This document shows, one piece after another, positions 1 through 11,776 of a stretch of DNA of 64,000 nt. Numbering within the stretch: the stretch's first letter is position 1; every line of letters starts with the position of its first letter. The notes below the pieces were generated by a model. That model was not told the DNA's origin. It saw nothing but the letters and a program-made list of their open reading frames with translations, and did no database searches. The translations under genes and the position numbers were made by a program. Origin of the DNA: Psilocybe cubensis (Eukaryota). The stretch lies in the NCBI GenBank assembly GCA_017499595.2, contig CM038999.1, positions 1,364,001 through 1,428,000 of the forward strand, given 5' to 3'.

Positions 1-258
1 TGATTTGAGGGTCAGCCACAAGAAGAACATGGGTGGGCTTAGAATGCGAAGCTTCTACACCTAGATTGTCCTGAGTACCTTGATAAGCAATGAAATATCA
101 GCGACGTAATAGGGACAGACCGCAAGTAGAGCCGAGTCCGGCCATTTGCAACTTCTAACACTCGCGTCCCATGTCCAAACCTCATACCAAAGAATCACCA
201 ATACCCAGAATACCCTGAGGGAGTTGACGACTGTGCGTCCTCTGGAGAAGGCTGCCAT
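1..258 (-). CDS. CDC1: 5' part of a CDC1/TED1 (MPPE1/PGAP5)-like metallophosphoesterase; runs off the window edge
   Basis: ATG at 258. Exon 1 reads MAAFSRGRTVVNSLRVFWVLVILWYEVWTWDASVRSCKWPDSALLA (TM helix plus CxWP). After a GT-AG intron at 120-71, exon 2 reads DNLGVEASHSKPTHVLLVADPQI, with the family's ADPQ metal-binding motif. Confidence 0.7.
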
Positions 259-839
259 GCATTCCCAGCTGCAACGTGGTTGAGAGATTGTTGAAATAGG
301 ACGATCAAACGCCAATACAAGTCTCAAACAAGTCCTATTAGTATCAGAGTTAAACACACCTTAACACCGTGACCGAAATGTACCATGTCAAGTAATCAAT
401 TTACACAACCTACAATTGGTAGCAAATTCTTCTGTCAACCAGATCTCTAGAGTACTGTTGGCTTTAAGTTTTGTTATCTAAACCACAGAAAGTATATTGT
501 ATCAGAATTCAGGCAACACTCAAAATCCTTCAATATTGATCGTGCAAGGAGACTCCGGTCAGAGGGTTACGTTTAGCGATAGACAAATAAGAAAAAAGGC
601 TGTGCGACTGTATGTTTCTGAGATCGGGGGGAAGTGAGCAGAGCGAGAGCAGCAATGAGGAGGCACAGGGTAAACTAAGATGTGCTCCTCACAGTCCACA
701 CGTTCAGACACGGAAATTCCAGAGGCGAAGTGGGAACCGGAACGTAGCTCATTAATGCTGGGAACATAGGATGGCCCAAATATTGGTTTGATAGTCTAAT
801 ATGATATTGCACTTGTGGGTCTATAAACTGTTCATTAGT

Positions 840-1188
840 TTAATGGTGACCGCCATGACCACCACCAGCCACGAATCCGTGATTACCCTATAGAGGATAC
901 ATTAGGATACATTTGGGCGGTATACATCGTAATGCTTACAATCAACTTCTGTCCATCCTTTCTGCGGCGTATCTTTAGTATATAATAAAGCTGAAAGTGT
1001 AGTAAAGCAAGCAAACCTAGCACGGTAGAAGATGAAGAACCACATTGAGGCTCCCAAAGCCTTGGCGAGGAAGTTATATCCAGCGCCGGGAAGATGAGGG
1101 TGAAATCCTGGGGCTATATCAAGCTGTTCAACCCAGAGAGGACAGACACAATCCTGTGCACGGAGAACGCACCGTGCCCTCCAGCCAT
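840..1188 (-). CDS. NDUFB2: Mitochondrial complex I accessory subunit NDUFB2 (AGGG)-like, about 60 aa, 4 exons; absent from the ORF track
   Basis: Exons 1188-1173, 1113-1017, 961-940 and 887-840, all with GT-AG introns, give MAGGHAPGFHPHLPGAGYNFLAKALGASMWFFIFYRARKDGQKLIGNHGFVAGGGHGGHH*. LGAxMWFxIFYRAxxDG is the family signature. Confidence 0.8.
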
Positions 1189-1335
1189 TGTACAGTACGG
1201 TTTCGGGAGAGAGTTGTGTTTATCCTTGTTTGTTCCGAAGACGCGACACAAGGCGCGCTTCCCAGATTGTTTAGCTTCCGCACCTTGAGATATTTCTCTG
1301 CCACCGTTTCCTTCCCACTCCCACTTCCACACAGG

Positions 1336-4300
1336 ATGAAGGAATCTGAAAAGCAAAAACGGGAGATCTCTGAACCTCCCAGAATCACGTACGATGCTGC
1401 AACGAGAACTTTCGATCGTCTTTTTAAGGGTGAAATCCACATTTTCGCCAGAGTTAGCCGTCGCGTTAATGCCATCTTTAGAGGACTCCTTGGATGCGAT
1501 GAAAACCGTCGTGCGCAAAAAGCTTGGCCTATCTGGATCTGCTCCAGTCTTTCTTTCTCAATGGCGCGAAGGAAAGGCCGTCGATTTGGAAGATGGTATT
1601 TATTTTTTCGAAGCGTTTGCCGCCACGCGCTAACACACACCCATTACAGATGATGACTTTGAGGCATTTTCTGCAGCAGCGCGATCTTCTTCATCTGTTG
1701 TAGTCAAGGTCATTCTTGGAGAAAGTCAAACTCGGACATTGCCTTCAGCGGATGAAAATGAGGTAAGTTACTGACATCTTAACTTCGCGCTGCATTTTTA
1801 TTTTCTGTATAGACGCCTTCAATAACGAAAACCAAACGGAAAAGAAAGTCTAGACATAGTGTAACACCTCCCGTCACTGAAAGACCACCTGAAGAGAGTA
1901 TCACTCCTGATAGCGGTCCTGAACTTGTACCTGCAAAAAAGCGAAGAGTCTCGTTTGCGGCTGATGCACCCGAGCTAGGGCAAATCATGGAAGAAAAATT
2001 GAAGAAAAAAGGAAAGGAGAAGTCTGCCTCACCGCCCAGAGACATCACAGAGCACGAGCAATCTGAGAAAGAAGGGGAGAGTGGCAAGAAGAAAAAGAGA
2101 AAGAAGAATAAGCGCAAAGATAAGGAAGGCGAAAACTTGGAGGAGGATAACACGAAGGCAACGGCGGAAAAACTTGCTGTGGGGCATGAGAGCGGAAAGA
2201 AGACTACCGCGGATTCTACAATCTCCAAAATCCCTTCCAACGATGTCGCACTTGCTGCTGTCACTGAATTTGGGCAACCGACACCACAGCCTAAAAAGTC
2301 GAAGAAACGGTCAAGGTCTGGTGATGCTCAGGATGAATCGATTCCTACACAGCAACCTGTTCCCACATCTGCTGCTGATGAACATGAAAGGCCTACAAAG
2401 AAAGCGAAGAAGAAAAAGGCCACAGAAATCGGTGCTGCCGACATTCCTATTACAGATGTAACTGTCGACACAACCACTATTACTAAAACGACCTCGGAAA
2501 CTGTATCGTCTACTGTACACCCCTCTGCAAATAATGGTGCAGAGGAAGCCAAGAAACAGCGCAAAAAGAAGGAGAAGGTTACTGCCGACTTGGAGGACAA
2601 TTCTATTTCTGAGACTGTGGATCCTGGAATTGTATCCAAAAATCCTGATGATGCTGTTTCTGAGAAACCGAAAAAGTCGGCAAAATCTAAGTCTGCGAAC
2701 ATTGCACCAAGCAGCGCTGCCGCTGAACTAACACGCACGGACGAACCGTTGCCCACGTCAAACAGTATCACCGCGACCAGTGCTCCCGCGGCGGATGTGT
2801 CTGATAAAGCCCCTGTTACTAAGAAATCGAAGAAAAAGGATAAAGAGAAAACTGCAGCCACAAAACAGACCGAAACCGCATTAGACACCACAGGTGCTTG
2901 ATCATTGTCTTTATTGTGTCAATTCTCTAACAAAATTATCGGACCATCACCAGATACGCTTTCTCGGCCTGACACTAGTATGTCGACTGTCACCCACTTG
3001 CATGATTGCTATGTCGATTCTAATATACGCGCACAAGCAGAATCCAAAAAAAACAAGGACACCGAAACCGATTCTGAGAATTCAGGTGAAATAATAAGAT
3101 TCATTTTGTTTTACACATCTATTAAAGTATTAATGTAGCGACTGCTGTAACGAAAGATGGCGTTGAATCATCCGAGGTTACTAACGGTTGGTACTAAACC
3201 TTTCATCACCATTGCGTCTAATCAATCTTGTGTAGCGAAATCAACGAAAAAAACCGGCAAGCAGAAGAAAACCGAGACTATTAACACTGAGCAAACCAGC
3301 TCAACGAAAGGTCAGTCTTCGTCTATTTTGCTTGCTCATAATTGAAATATAGCATTGTGAATGGTAGGACAATCGACAGAACAAGCAAACGCAGCCATAG
3401 AAACAGCCGCTGTTATGAAAGAGGCCACAAGATTGGCTGTAGAGAACGTGCTGAAAAAGGCCGCTGAGAAAGCTGCTTCCTCTTCTTCTGGACAAGCCAA
3501 CGCCACTTATTCACCAACGGCGACGACAGATGTTACATCCGCCGCAAATCACCCTACAAAGGCACCCTCATCATCGGAAAGCAGTAAAAGCATCGAAAAA
3601 TCTCGCGTTTCCTTAGCGAAGTCAGCCAAAGAATCTGACACCTGCCCTATCTGTGAAACATCACCCTTCCATGCTCGTTCAAGATGCCCTGTAATCAAGT
3701 CTGGTATCCGAGCTATGCGCAAGAAGGTTGCCGAATTAGAACAGGATACATCTAAAGACGGTGCCGATTCTCGTGCTAGTATCATTCTTGAGCTACAAAA
3801 TATTATTGACAGGCGGACCAAGAAGCCTCGAGCTCCCGATGCCCAAAAACCTGGTGGTACAGAGGCAGAATCCGAGTCTCCTGGCAAGGAGTCAGAAGTG
3901 GTTGCGACAGTTGATGTTACTTGTCCCGTTCCCACTTCTGTCCCAGAGCCGTCTATAGAAGCTGAAGCTGCTCCTACGGCAGTCGTCCCACCTGCTTCTG
4001 TTCCCAGAATATCTGGAACCCCCTCTGGCAAACCAATTTCAGCACGGGAGATCCTGAACCAAAAAGCTCAACAAACCCTTTCCTCTCGAGCATCGTCATC
4101 GCAAAAACCTGTGGCTAGTGTTCCAACTGTGCTGCCTGCCATGTCCAAACCAACACATATAGCAGAGGTCGCTCTTAGTATGGAACTTTCGCGGTTTGGT
4201 GATATGTCGCAGTTTACCGATAAAGATCTGGATGCACTAATTCGTGGTCCGAGGCTATCGATGAAGAACGCGCTCCCTACTTCTGACACAGAGGATGAGA

Positions 4301-5958
4301 GCGAGCAAGAGGAGGAGGATGTTGTCTTGGAGGAGGATGTTACTGTTGAAGACAGAGCCGCCCGAAATGCGAGTCGGGTAGAATACCCAAGTTCTTCCGA
4401 TGAAGCCGAGGATGAGGAAGAAGACGAAATTCCTTCTGGTGGTCCATCGAATGTCGACCATCCTTCAACAGCAGCGATTATCGAGGAAGCGGAGGAAGAC
4501 GAAGAAGAAGCCAAAGATGCTGAGAAGTCTCAAGGCAATTTATCTTTTCATGACATCAACGCCCTCGGCAGCTCTGTCGAACCTGACAGGACCGGGAATA
4601 ACGCTGTTCATGCTGCCGTCGGCGCTGATCTTGCTTCTATCAACGAGCCAGAGGCGTCGAAAAGCAATGGTGCTAAAGATTCAGATAATGATTCTGACAA
4701 ATCTGACTCTGATTCTGAGGACTCTTCTCCTTCTGGGCCGAAGGTTTCTCCTGAAAATGTCATTGAGGATGAGGATGCGGATCCAATAGAACCATCTGAC
4801 CCTCCCACTTCTACTCAGCCACGCCCCGTTGAAGACCTCATTTCATCCGGCGAGGAGGACGTACCTCTTTCACAGTCCACTCCCAAGTCTGAAGTTGTCG
4901 GACGCACTAGAAGTCAGAGAACCACCGCAGCAATCAAAAGGTCCACCATTACCAGCCAACCACCAGAGTCACAGAGCAAAGATCCAGCATCAAAGGATGC
5001 CCCTGTCGAAGAGACTCCGAAACCGCGAACGAGAGGCATGAAGAAGCTCACAGAATTACCTGTACCACCAAACCCAGCCGTTCGCGTCATTCGCCAAGCA
5101 GCAGTTGCAACCCCAAAAACTCGAAGACAGCTTGCACAAGAGAAACAAAGGGAAGAAACGCCCGAAGAATCTGAGGTTACTGTAAGGACACGAAGCGCCG
5201 CAGCTGCAGCTGCGAAAGCCAAGGTACCTGCGAAAGCACCTCCGAAAACTCCAGCGAAGACGCCTGCCAGGGCAAAGACAACTGCTAAACCCCTTTCGAA
5301 GCAAGGAAAATCAACTGTATCGAATGCAGTCCCAACAAATCAAGATCATGGGCCCACTCCAATTCCACCCTCTTCACCTGGGAAAAGAGCCGCTGGTTCC
5401 TCTTGGGCTGTGCTGCAGGAGAATGTGCACTCACAAGTCGATACTGATAACGGAGGTCAGGTTGATGAACTACTCTCAAGTCCTACCATTGAGCCTCGGA
5501 CTACTCGTGACCCTGGAGGTAAAGGTGAGAACTCAATGAGCGTCAACGGATCTCAACAAGATCCGTTGTTCATTCCTGCTGAAAGCCAACAATCATTCCC
5601 CTACTCTCAGTATCCTCTGGACGTCCCTCACACCAGTCAGGCAATTGCTTCACCCAATGACTCTGACGATGAGAATGAAGTTGCTTTAGCCGTTGTAAAA
5701 ACGTCATCAGCACCCCAAAAACAGGCATACCGTTCACTTACAGACATCGCCAGCCAGTCGAAACTGTTTGCCCCGAGGCCTTCTCAGATATTGAAACAAA
5801 TTACAGAGCCACAGGACGAAGATCTCTTTGGTCGAAATGGTCAAGAATCGGAAGAGTCGGATAGCGGGAGTGACTCCGATGACGACAACAAGAAACGAAT
5901 ATCGTCCCATATTCCGGCAACGAGACGGGCAGGTGTTGCTGTGCCGAAGAAGAAATAA
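1336..5958 (+). CDS. Large K/E/S-rich, largely disordered protein with an N-terminal PB1/ubiquitin-like segment and a zinc-knuckle-like motif; probably nuclear or nucleolar
   Basis: Spliced MKESEK...FDRLFK|EDSLDAMKTVVRKKLGL...DLED|DDDFEAF, then long exons 1987-2893 and about 3370-5958. Multiple KKKK NLS-like runs; CPICETSPFHARSRC. Confidence 0.7.
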
Positions 5959-6351
5959 TTTATCTATGACATACTACTTGCTCCTGGATGTTCTTGAACC
6001 CTTGCTTTCGTCATGTCTAAACCATACTAACTTTTTGTCGGCTTTCATTTGTATCATACAACAGATCGTTATCACTTGTAGCATAAGTATCACATTTACA
6101 CATTCTGATCTAAGTCATGGCTGCGTACACGTACATAGTCAGAATCTACCTTTAATTTGTCGCATATTTCGGCCGTGGGTTGGTCAGGTTGTAACGGGGA
6201 TTGGCTCATCGATCGGAGTTTGAAAAAAATGCAGGAAGAATAATAGCCCCTGCCCGCCTCTCTTTCCTTTTCTCTTCACTCTATCTCTACAAAAGCCGCA
6301 CTCGCCTTTTCTTTCTCCCTCTTCTTTCAACCAGGAGCTCCCTCCTTGTTC

Positions 6352-6475
6352 ATGATCTTCACTCAGAACACCAGAGACGAGTATGTTCCCTTTTCGATCA
6401 ATTTGGTTCTTTTTCTGATACCGTTTGGTCGCTAGTTATCTCAGCGACCTCGTATTTTCTCTCCTGAACCTATAG
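6352..6475 (+). promoter_or_regulatory. AAP: Arginine attenuator peptide (AAP) uORF, 22 codons, split by an intron
   Basis: Exons 6352-6380 and 6436-6475 (GTATGT...CTAG intron at 6381-6435) give MIFTQNTRDDYLSDLVFSLLNL*. It has the DYLSD core of the N. crassa arg-2 / yeast CPA1 AAP, and its stop lies 16 nt before the CPA1 ATG. Confidence 0.9.
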
Positions 6476-6491
6476 ACAGCGCCAGCCCAGC

Positions 6492-7952
6492 ATGTTTGTT
6501 CGTTATATTATTCGCACATCTGCCCCTCAGCTTTCTCGAGGGCTCGCCACTCATGCAGGGCCCGCTGTTGCGGTTCCAGCTACCCTCCACCTCAAGTCAG
6601 GGCAGTCCTTCCATGGGAAATCCTTCGGAGCTCCCAGAAGCATCTACGGAGAGACCGTTTTCTCCACATCCATTACATCTTGTAAGATTTTTTTCCATGC
6701 TCTAAAATTATTCATGTTTAAGCACTTCTTCCCCCAATAGACACCGAGTCTATGACTGATCCCTCGTATCGTGGTCAGATTTTAGTGTTCACAACCCCTA
6801 TGATTGGAAACTATGGTGTCCCCCATAATGTCGCTCCTTACGATTCTCAGGACGTCGGTGTTATTCTTGAGTCTAAGAAGATCGAGGCTGCTGCAGTTGT
6901 AGTCAGCGACGTTGCCGAGAAATTCTCCCACTACAAGGCTGTTGAATCTCTTGCAGATTGGTGTAAACGCCACAACGTCCCTGCCATCACTGGTGTCGAC
7001 ACTCGCGCTATTACCAGGCTTTTGCGTGATCAAGGCACCACCCTTGGCCGCCTCGCAGTTGGCGATGATGCTGCCCTCCCAAGCCCACAACCAGAGGAGT
7101 ACTGGGATCCATCTAAAGAGAACCTCGTCGATCAAGTTTCTACCAAGGTCCCCTACGAGCTTAACCCTACTGGCAGCATCAAGATTGCTGTCCTTGACTT
7201 CGGTGCTAAAGCCAACATTCTTCGTGCCCTAGTTCGCAGGGACGCTGCCATAACTGTTCTTCCCTGGAACTACGATTTCAACTCCATCAGAGACCAATAT
7301 GATGGTCTATTCTTAACCAACGGACCCGGTGACCCTGGTCATTGCATGGAAGCGGCTTTGAAGTTGCGTCGCACTCTCCAGGAATGGAACAAACCCGTTT
7401 TCGGTATTTGCATGGGTCATCAAATCATTGGAATGGCTGCTGGCCTCGACGCTTATCGCATGACTTTTGGCAACCGAGGACATAACCAACCCGTGTTGGC
7501 TCTTGCTTCTGCTGGTTCCATCAAGGCCGGACGGGTCTACGTCACTAGGTACGTTATCATCACTGGCTTTTCAATTTTACTAATCGGTTGCGCGCACCAG
7601 CCAAAACCATCAGTACGCTCTCAAGCTCCAGGATCCTTTCCCTCAGGGATGGGAACCATTCTTCATTAACTGCAATGATTCGTCTGTCGAGGGCATCAAG
7701 TCAACTACCGAGTCTGGCAAGAAGGTGTGGGGCGTTCAATTTCACCCTGAAAGCGCCGGTGGTCCTTTGGACACGATCGAGGTTTGTCGTACCGATCAAA
7801 TTTTCCACTTGACTTTCTGACATCCCTTACAGATGTTCACTGACTTCGTTACCGAGTGCAAACTCCACAAGGCGCAGATGGCTGGCACTGCTGACTCTAT
7901 CGTCGAGGAAATTCCTGTTGCACCTCGTGTTGCGGTCGCTGCCTCTGCCTGA
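6492..7952 (+). CDS. CPA1: Arginine-specific carbamoyl-phosphate synthase small (glutaminase) subunit, with mitochondrial presequence
   Basis: Motifs GETVFST, YTESMTDPSYRGQIL, GVDTRAIT, NGPGDP, FGICMGHQ (catalytic Cys), GNRGHNQP and QFHPE. Introns at 6682-6740, 7549-7600 and 7782-7832. Confidence 0.95.
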
Positions 7953-8930
7953 TGACTCGTTTTTGATTCGTTTTTCCTCTTCGCTGTCTTGTTCTGGTCC
8001 CTGATGAATGCTTAAGCCTTTTATTTGTAGTTCTATCTCAATAAATCTGTAGATGAATATAACCTTTCATTCTGTGTCTCACTCAGAGAAATATGAAAAC
8101 CTCAAGTGCCTGATCAATGGTTTCTTGCATCTGTAGTATCAACCAATCATTTCAAGCTCCAACAATGCCGGGACTCGGGAGCTATACATAATTGCTGTTA
8201 TCAGATTAGATCAAAGAAGCATCAGCAGAAAAGAACGATCAGGATTGTTACCTGCCGTCTGAGAATCTTCCATGTGTACCCTCTTTTGCTCCTTCAATAT
8301 TTCACAAAATGTCCAAAGTGCTAACCAACTCCATCTGGAAAGCCAATGCCACTGTCCACTTAATTTGTCTACCGTGCACGGGCCATCCATGTGACGACGC
8401 ATTGGGCAGGAAATCAGCAGCACGCTGTATGTGTCAATCAATCAAGACTGGGCAACTGACGATGCCGAGAATTTACAGTTGCGAGTGAATTGGTTATAAC
8501 CACAGACTATCCGTGATTCTGTTTGTTTATGAAGAAACTTTCCAAATCAATGCCAGGGAATCGCAGCAAGCTAGCAGGCTTACATGGCCAAGTAACAAGT
8601 TCTTCGCTCTGTGCATTGATAGCGATGCGACATAGGTTGAATAACTAAAATGCACTCTGAGCATCGTCAGACGGGTCACGGACTGTTGCATCATGGATAT
8701 AATTGTGAATTTGATTCGGTTATGTTGTCGGTCCGTCCGGCGATGTCAGTTGATGCCCCGCATCGGCTGCGACTGTTAGGAACAGTCCTCAGTCGAGCTA
8801 AGGGAAAAGAAATTTATACCGCACCCAGGGTCTCTGTAACCTTATAAAAGGATAATAGCCGTGCGGAAAGGCCCTTTCAACCCCCGACACTTTTTCTTAC
8901 CCCTTGACGTCGACCATCCTCGAACTTGAC

Positions 8931-11360
8931 ATGGCACCAAAGATTTACACTTCACCCTATCCCTCGCAACCCCTGTATAATCATTCTGTATTTTCCCACC
9001 TCTTCTTTTCTGATCCCAAATATCCTAATAAAGTTGGGGGTTATCCTGGATCGTCTCCAGCATTCATCGACGCTCCTACCGGCACATCCATATCACGGAG
9101 TCAACTAAAGAACTTCGCACTTTCTCTTGCCTATGGTATCAAGAAAACCTTCTCTGCGAAGCGCGGCGACACTATTTTAGTTTTCTCTCAAAACTCCCTG
9201 ACATGGCCGGTTGTAGTTTTTGGAGCAGGTTCGTGCCAATCTTCGCAGATAAACACGCGTCCTTCAGTTTCTAACGTGCATGTGCTGACCCATTTTCTTT
9301 GCTTGCAGTTGCTGCGGGACTCAGGTGTACACTGGCTAACAGTGCTTATAATGCAAGAGAACTTGCTTTCCAATACACCGACAGTGGTGCAAATTTAATT
9401 TTTGCCAGCGAAGAAGGTGTCGCTACTGCACGAGAGACCCTCAAAAGTTTGGGATTAAGTGCAGACGACGCTAATAAGAGAATTGTGGTTATGGCCACTG
9501 GGCTTGGTTGGGCAGGAGGCCCATCTACACCAATAACACCCGCCTCGAAGGGTCTTTTAACTGTGTCTGATTTGTTGGGCTTAGGTTCTATAAGAGAGGA
9601 AGAGAAATTTGAGGGCAAACTAGCGCACGAGACCGTGTATCTGTGCTACAGCTCAGGTGGGTGAATTGTGTTCCCCATTCGATGATAAAGATTATTTCTG
9701 AGAAATTTTCATACAGGCACTACAGGAAAGCCTAAAGGTGTCGAGGTAATTATATTACTTTATGGTTAGCCTTAGCCAGTGCCACCCTCACTAATCGTTC
9801 AATCAGACGACCCACAGGAATATCTGTTCCGTTTTGGAATGCGTGAGACCCGTATTCCCTGAGATAGGATCAAATGATACCATGCTTGGAGTTCTGCCAT
9901 TTTACCACATTTACGGTCAGTCCCTTCGAAGTTTATGCTTAATCCAGAGACCTATACCATTTTTTGCAGGTGCCGTAAAACTTCTACACTTTCCTTTCCA
10001 ATGCAACACTCCAGTAGCAGTGATGCCCCGATTTGACCCTGAGCAATTCTGCGCTAACGTTGAGCGGTATAATGCCACGGTGGCACTTATCGTACCTCCC
10101 GTCCTTGTTGTTTTAGCTCGTCACCCCGGTATGTTGTCCTTTTGTCCCTGTTTTCCGGACAAGTTATCCATTCTTTTTTACCCTTCATAAGCTGTCGACA
10201 AGTATGATATGTCTTCGATGCAAACACTACTATCTGGAGCCGCTCCTTTGGGTGCTGCTTTGACGAAACAGGCATGCCAGCTTTATTGTACACAGATTTC
10301 ACTCATCTGATTGTTCCTCTAGGTCCAAAGTCGACTAATAACAAAGCGAAAAGGGAAAGGTCCTGTTTATATTCTGCAGGGTGTGTACGACAAAACGTTA
10401 TGTCACTTTGCGTGTTTTCCAGGTACTGACTTAACCTACCAATATTAGGCTATGGTTTGACCGAAACATCTCCAACAACACATATTGTCCCCATAGAAGG
10501 TGCTGAGACTAAACTAGGAAGCATCGGTGTTCTTCTCCCGGGCCTCGAAGCTCGTCTTGTAGTTGACGGTGACGGAAATGGTGATATCGATGCTGCTGAA
10601 GGTCAGGCAGGGGAGATTTGGATTCGAGGCCCCACCGTTATGAAGGTAATCGTGTAACTGTTCCTTCTTCCCGAGATGTAAACCATTAACACATACCCAG
10701 GGATACCTAAACAATCCTGCAGCCACAAAAGAGGCGATCACGCCTGACGGCTGGTTCAAAACGGGTGATATCGCGACTCGCGACGCTGATGGATATTACC
10801 GAGTGGTTGACCGAAGAAAAGAATTGATCAAATACAAAGGATTCCAAGGCATGTTAAATGCTATCCAATTGACGGGCTAATTGCTAATTTATCGACATGA
10901 AGTGCCACCCGCTGAGCTAGAGAGCGTCCTCCTAACTCACCCAGAGATTGCGGACGTCGCTGTTATTGGTGTCGACAGTGCTAAAGAGGCCACTGAACTT
11001 CCAAGGTACCATTTGTCGTACTTATTTTAGTTATCATTCTGACTTTGTGACTGCTAGGGCCTATGTTGTCCATGCCCGTCCAGAGGAAATGAAAACAGAG
11101 GCGCAAAGGATTGCCTTTTCTGAAGACGTGAAACAATGGATTCAAAGCAAGGTTGCGAGACACAAGTATCTGCGAGGAGGCGTTGTAGTAATTGATATTA
11201 TCCCGAAGAGGTCAGCCTTTCTCATGCTTTACATGAATTGGGAATAACTTTTTGTTATAGCGCTGCTGGAAAGATTCTCCGACGAGAGCTTCGAGATAAA
11301 GCAAAAGAGGAGTTGGCAGGTAGAGATCCTGCAGATAATAATATTAAAGCTAAGCTATAA
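8931..11360 (+). CDS. 4-coumarate:CoA ligase-like AMP-dependent acyl-CoA synthetase with C-terminal PTS1 (-AKL)
   Basis: Spliced motifs [72 protein letters not shown] and AGKILRR. Ends NNIKAKL*. Confidence 0.92.
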
Positions 11361-11776
11361 CGACTGTATTATACACATCAATGGTACCATATCCCACACA
11401 ACCGTATTTATTTATTATGTAGAGGATCAAACATGAAAGAAAGGCATAATAGACATACCACATTTGCGGAAGCAAGGCATTAAAGATAAAAAAGATATTC
11501 AGGAGATGGGATGAAAACTAGAGAAGGGAATATGTTAGCACACTGTATAATTGTATAAATTGGATGGAAAAATGCTGTGTATCAGGGGTGTCAAATTCTG
11601 GAGCACACCCTCAATGGCATCGAGGTATTCACCATGAAGAAATTCAATCGAAATTGAAAGCATCATACAAACTGAGTGGAAAGAGGAAGGAGGTAAAGAT
11701 GCTTACCTTAACTGTGCCAACAATCCATGCGTCCAGCAAGAGGAACATCGAGGTTCCAAAAAGCAAAAAATAAAGT

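Noticed and set aside
601..700. snR30/U17 or telomerase RNA identity for the hairpin
   Set aside because: It lacks the exact m1 (AUAUUCCUA) and m2 (AAACCAU) motifs and has no CUAACCCUAA template.
1779..5479. Long antisense and alternative-frame ORFs over low-complexity genes (also 16376-17773, 22210-25380, 30278-32383, 44996-46671)
   Set aside because: These are shadows of the real CDS on the other strand or frame and carry no motifs of their own.
8931..11360. Luciferase or secondary-metabolite cluster around the 4CL-like ligase, GNAT and P450
   Set aside because: There is no PKS, NRPS, terpene synthase or other backbone enzyme, and these genes are scattered among housekeeping genes.
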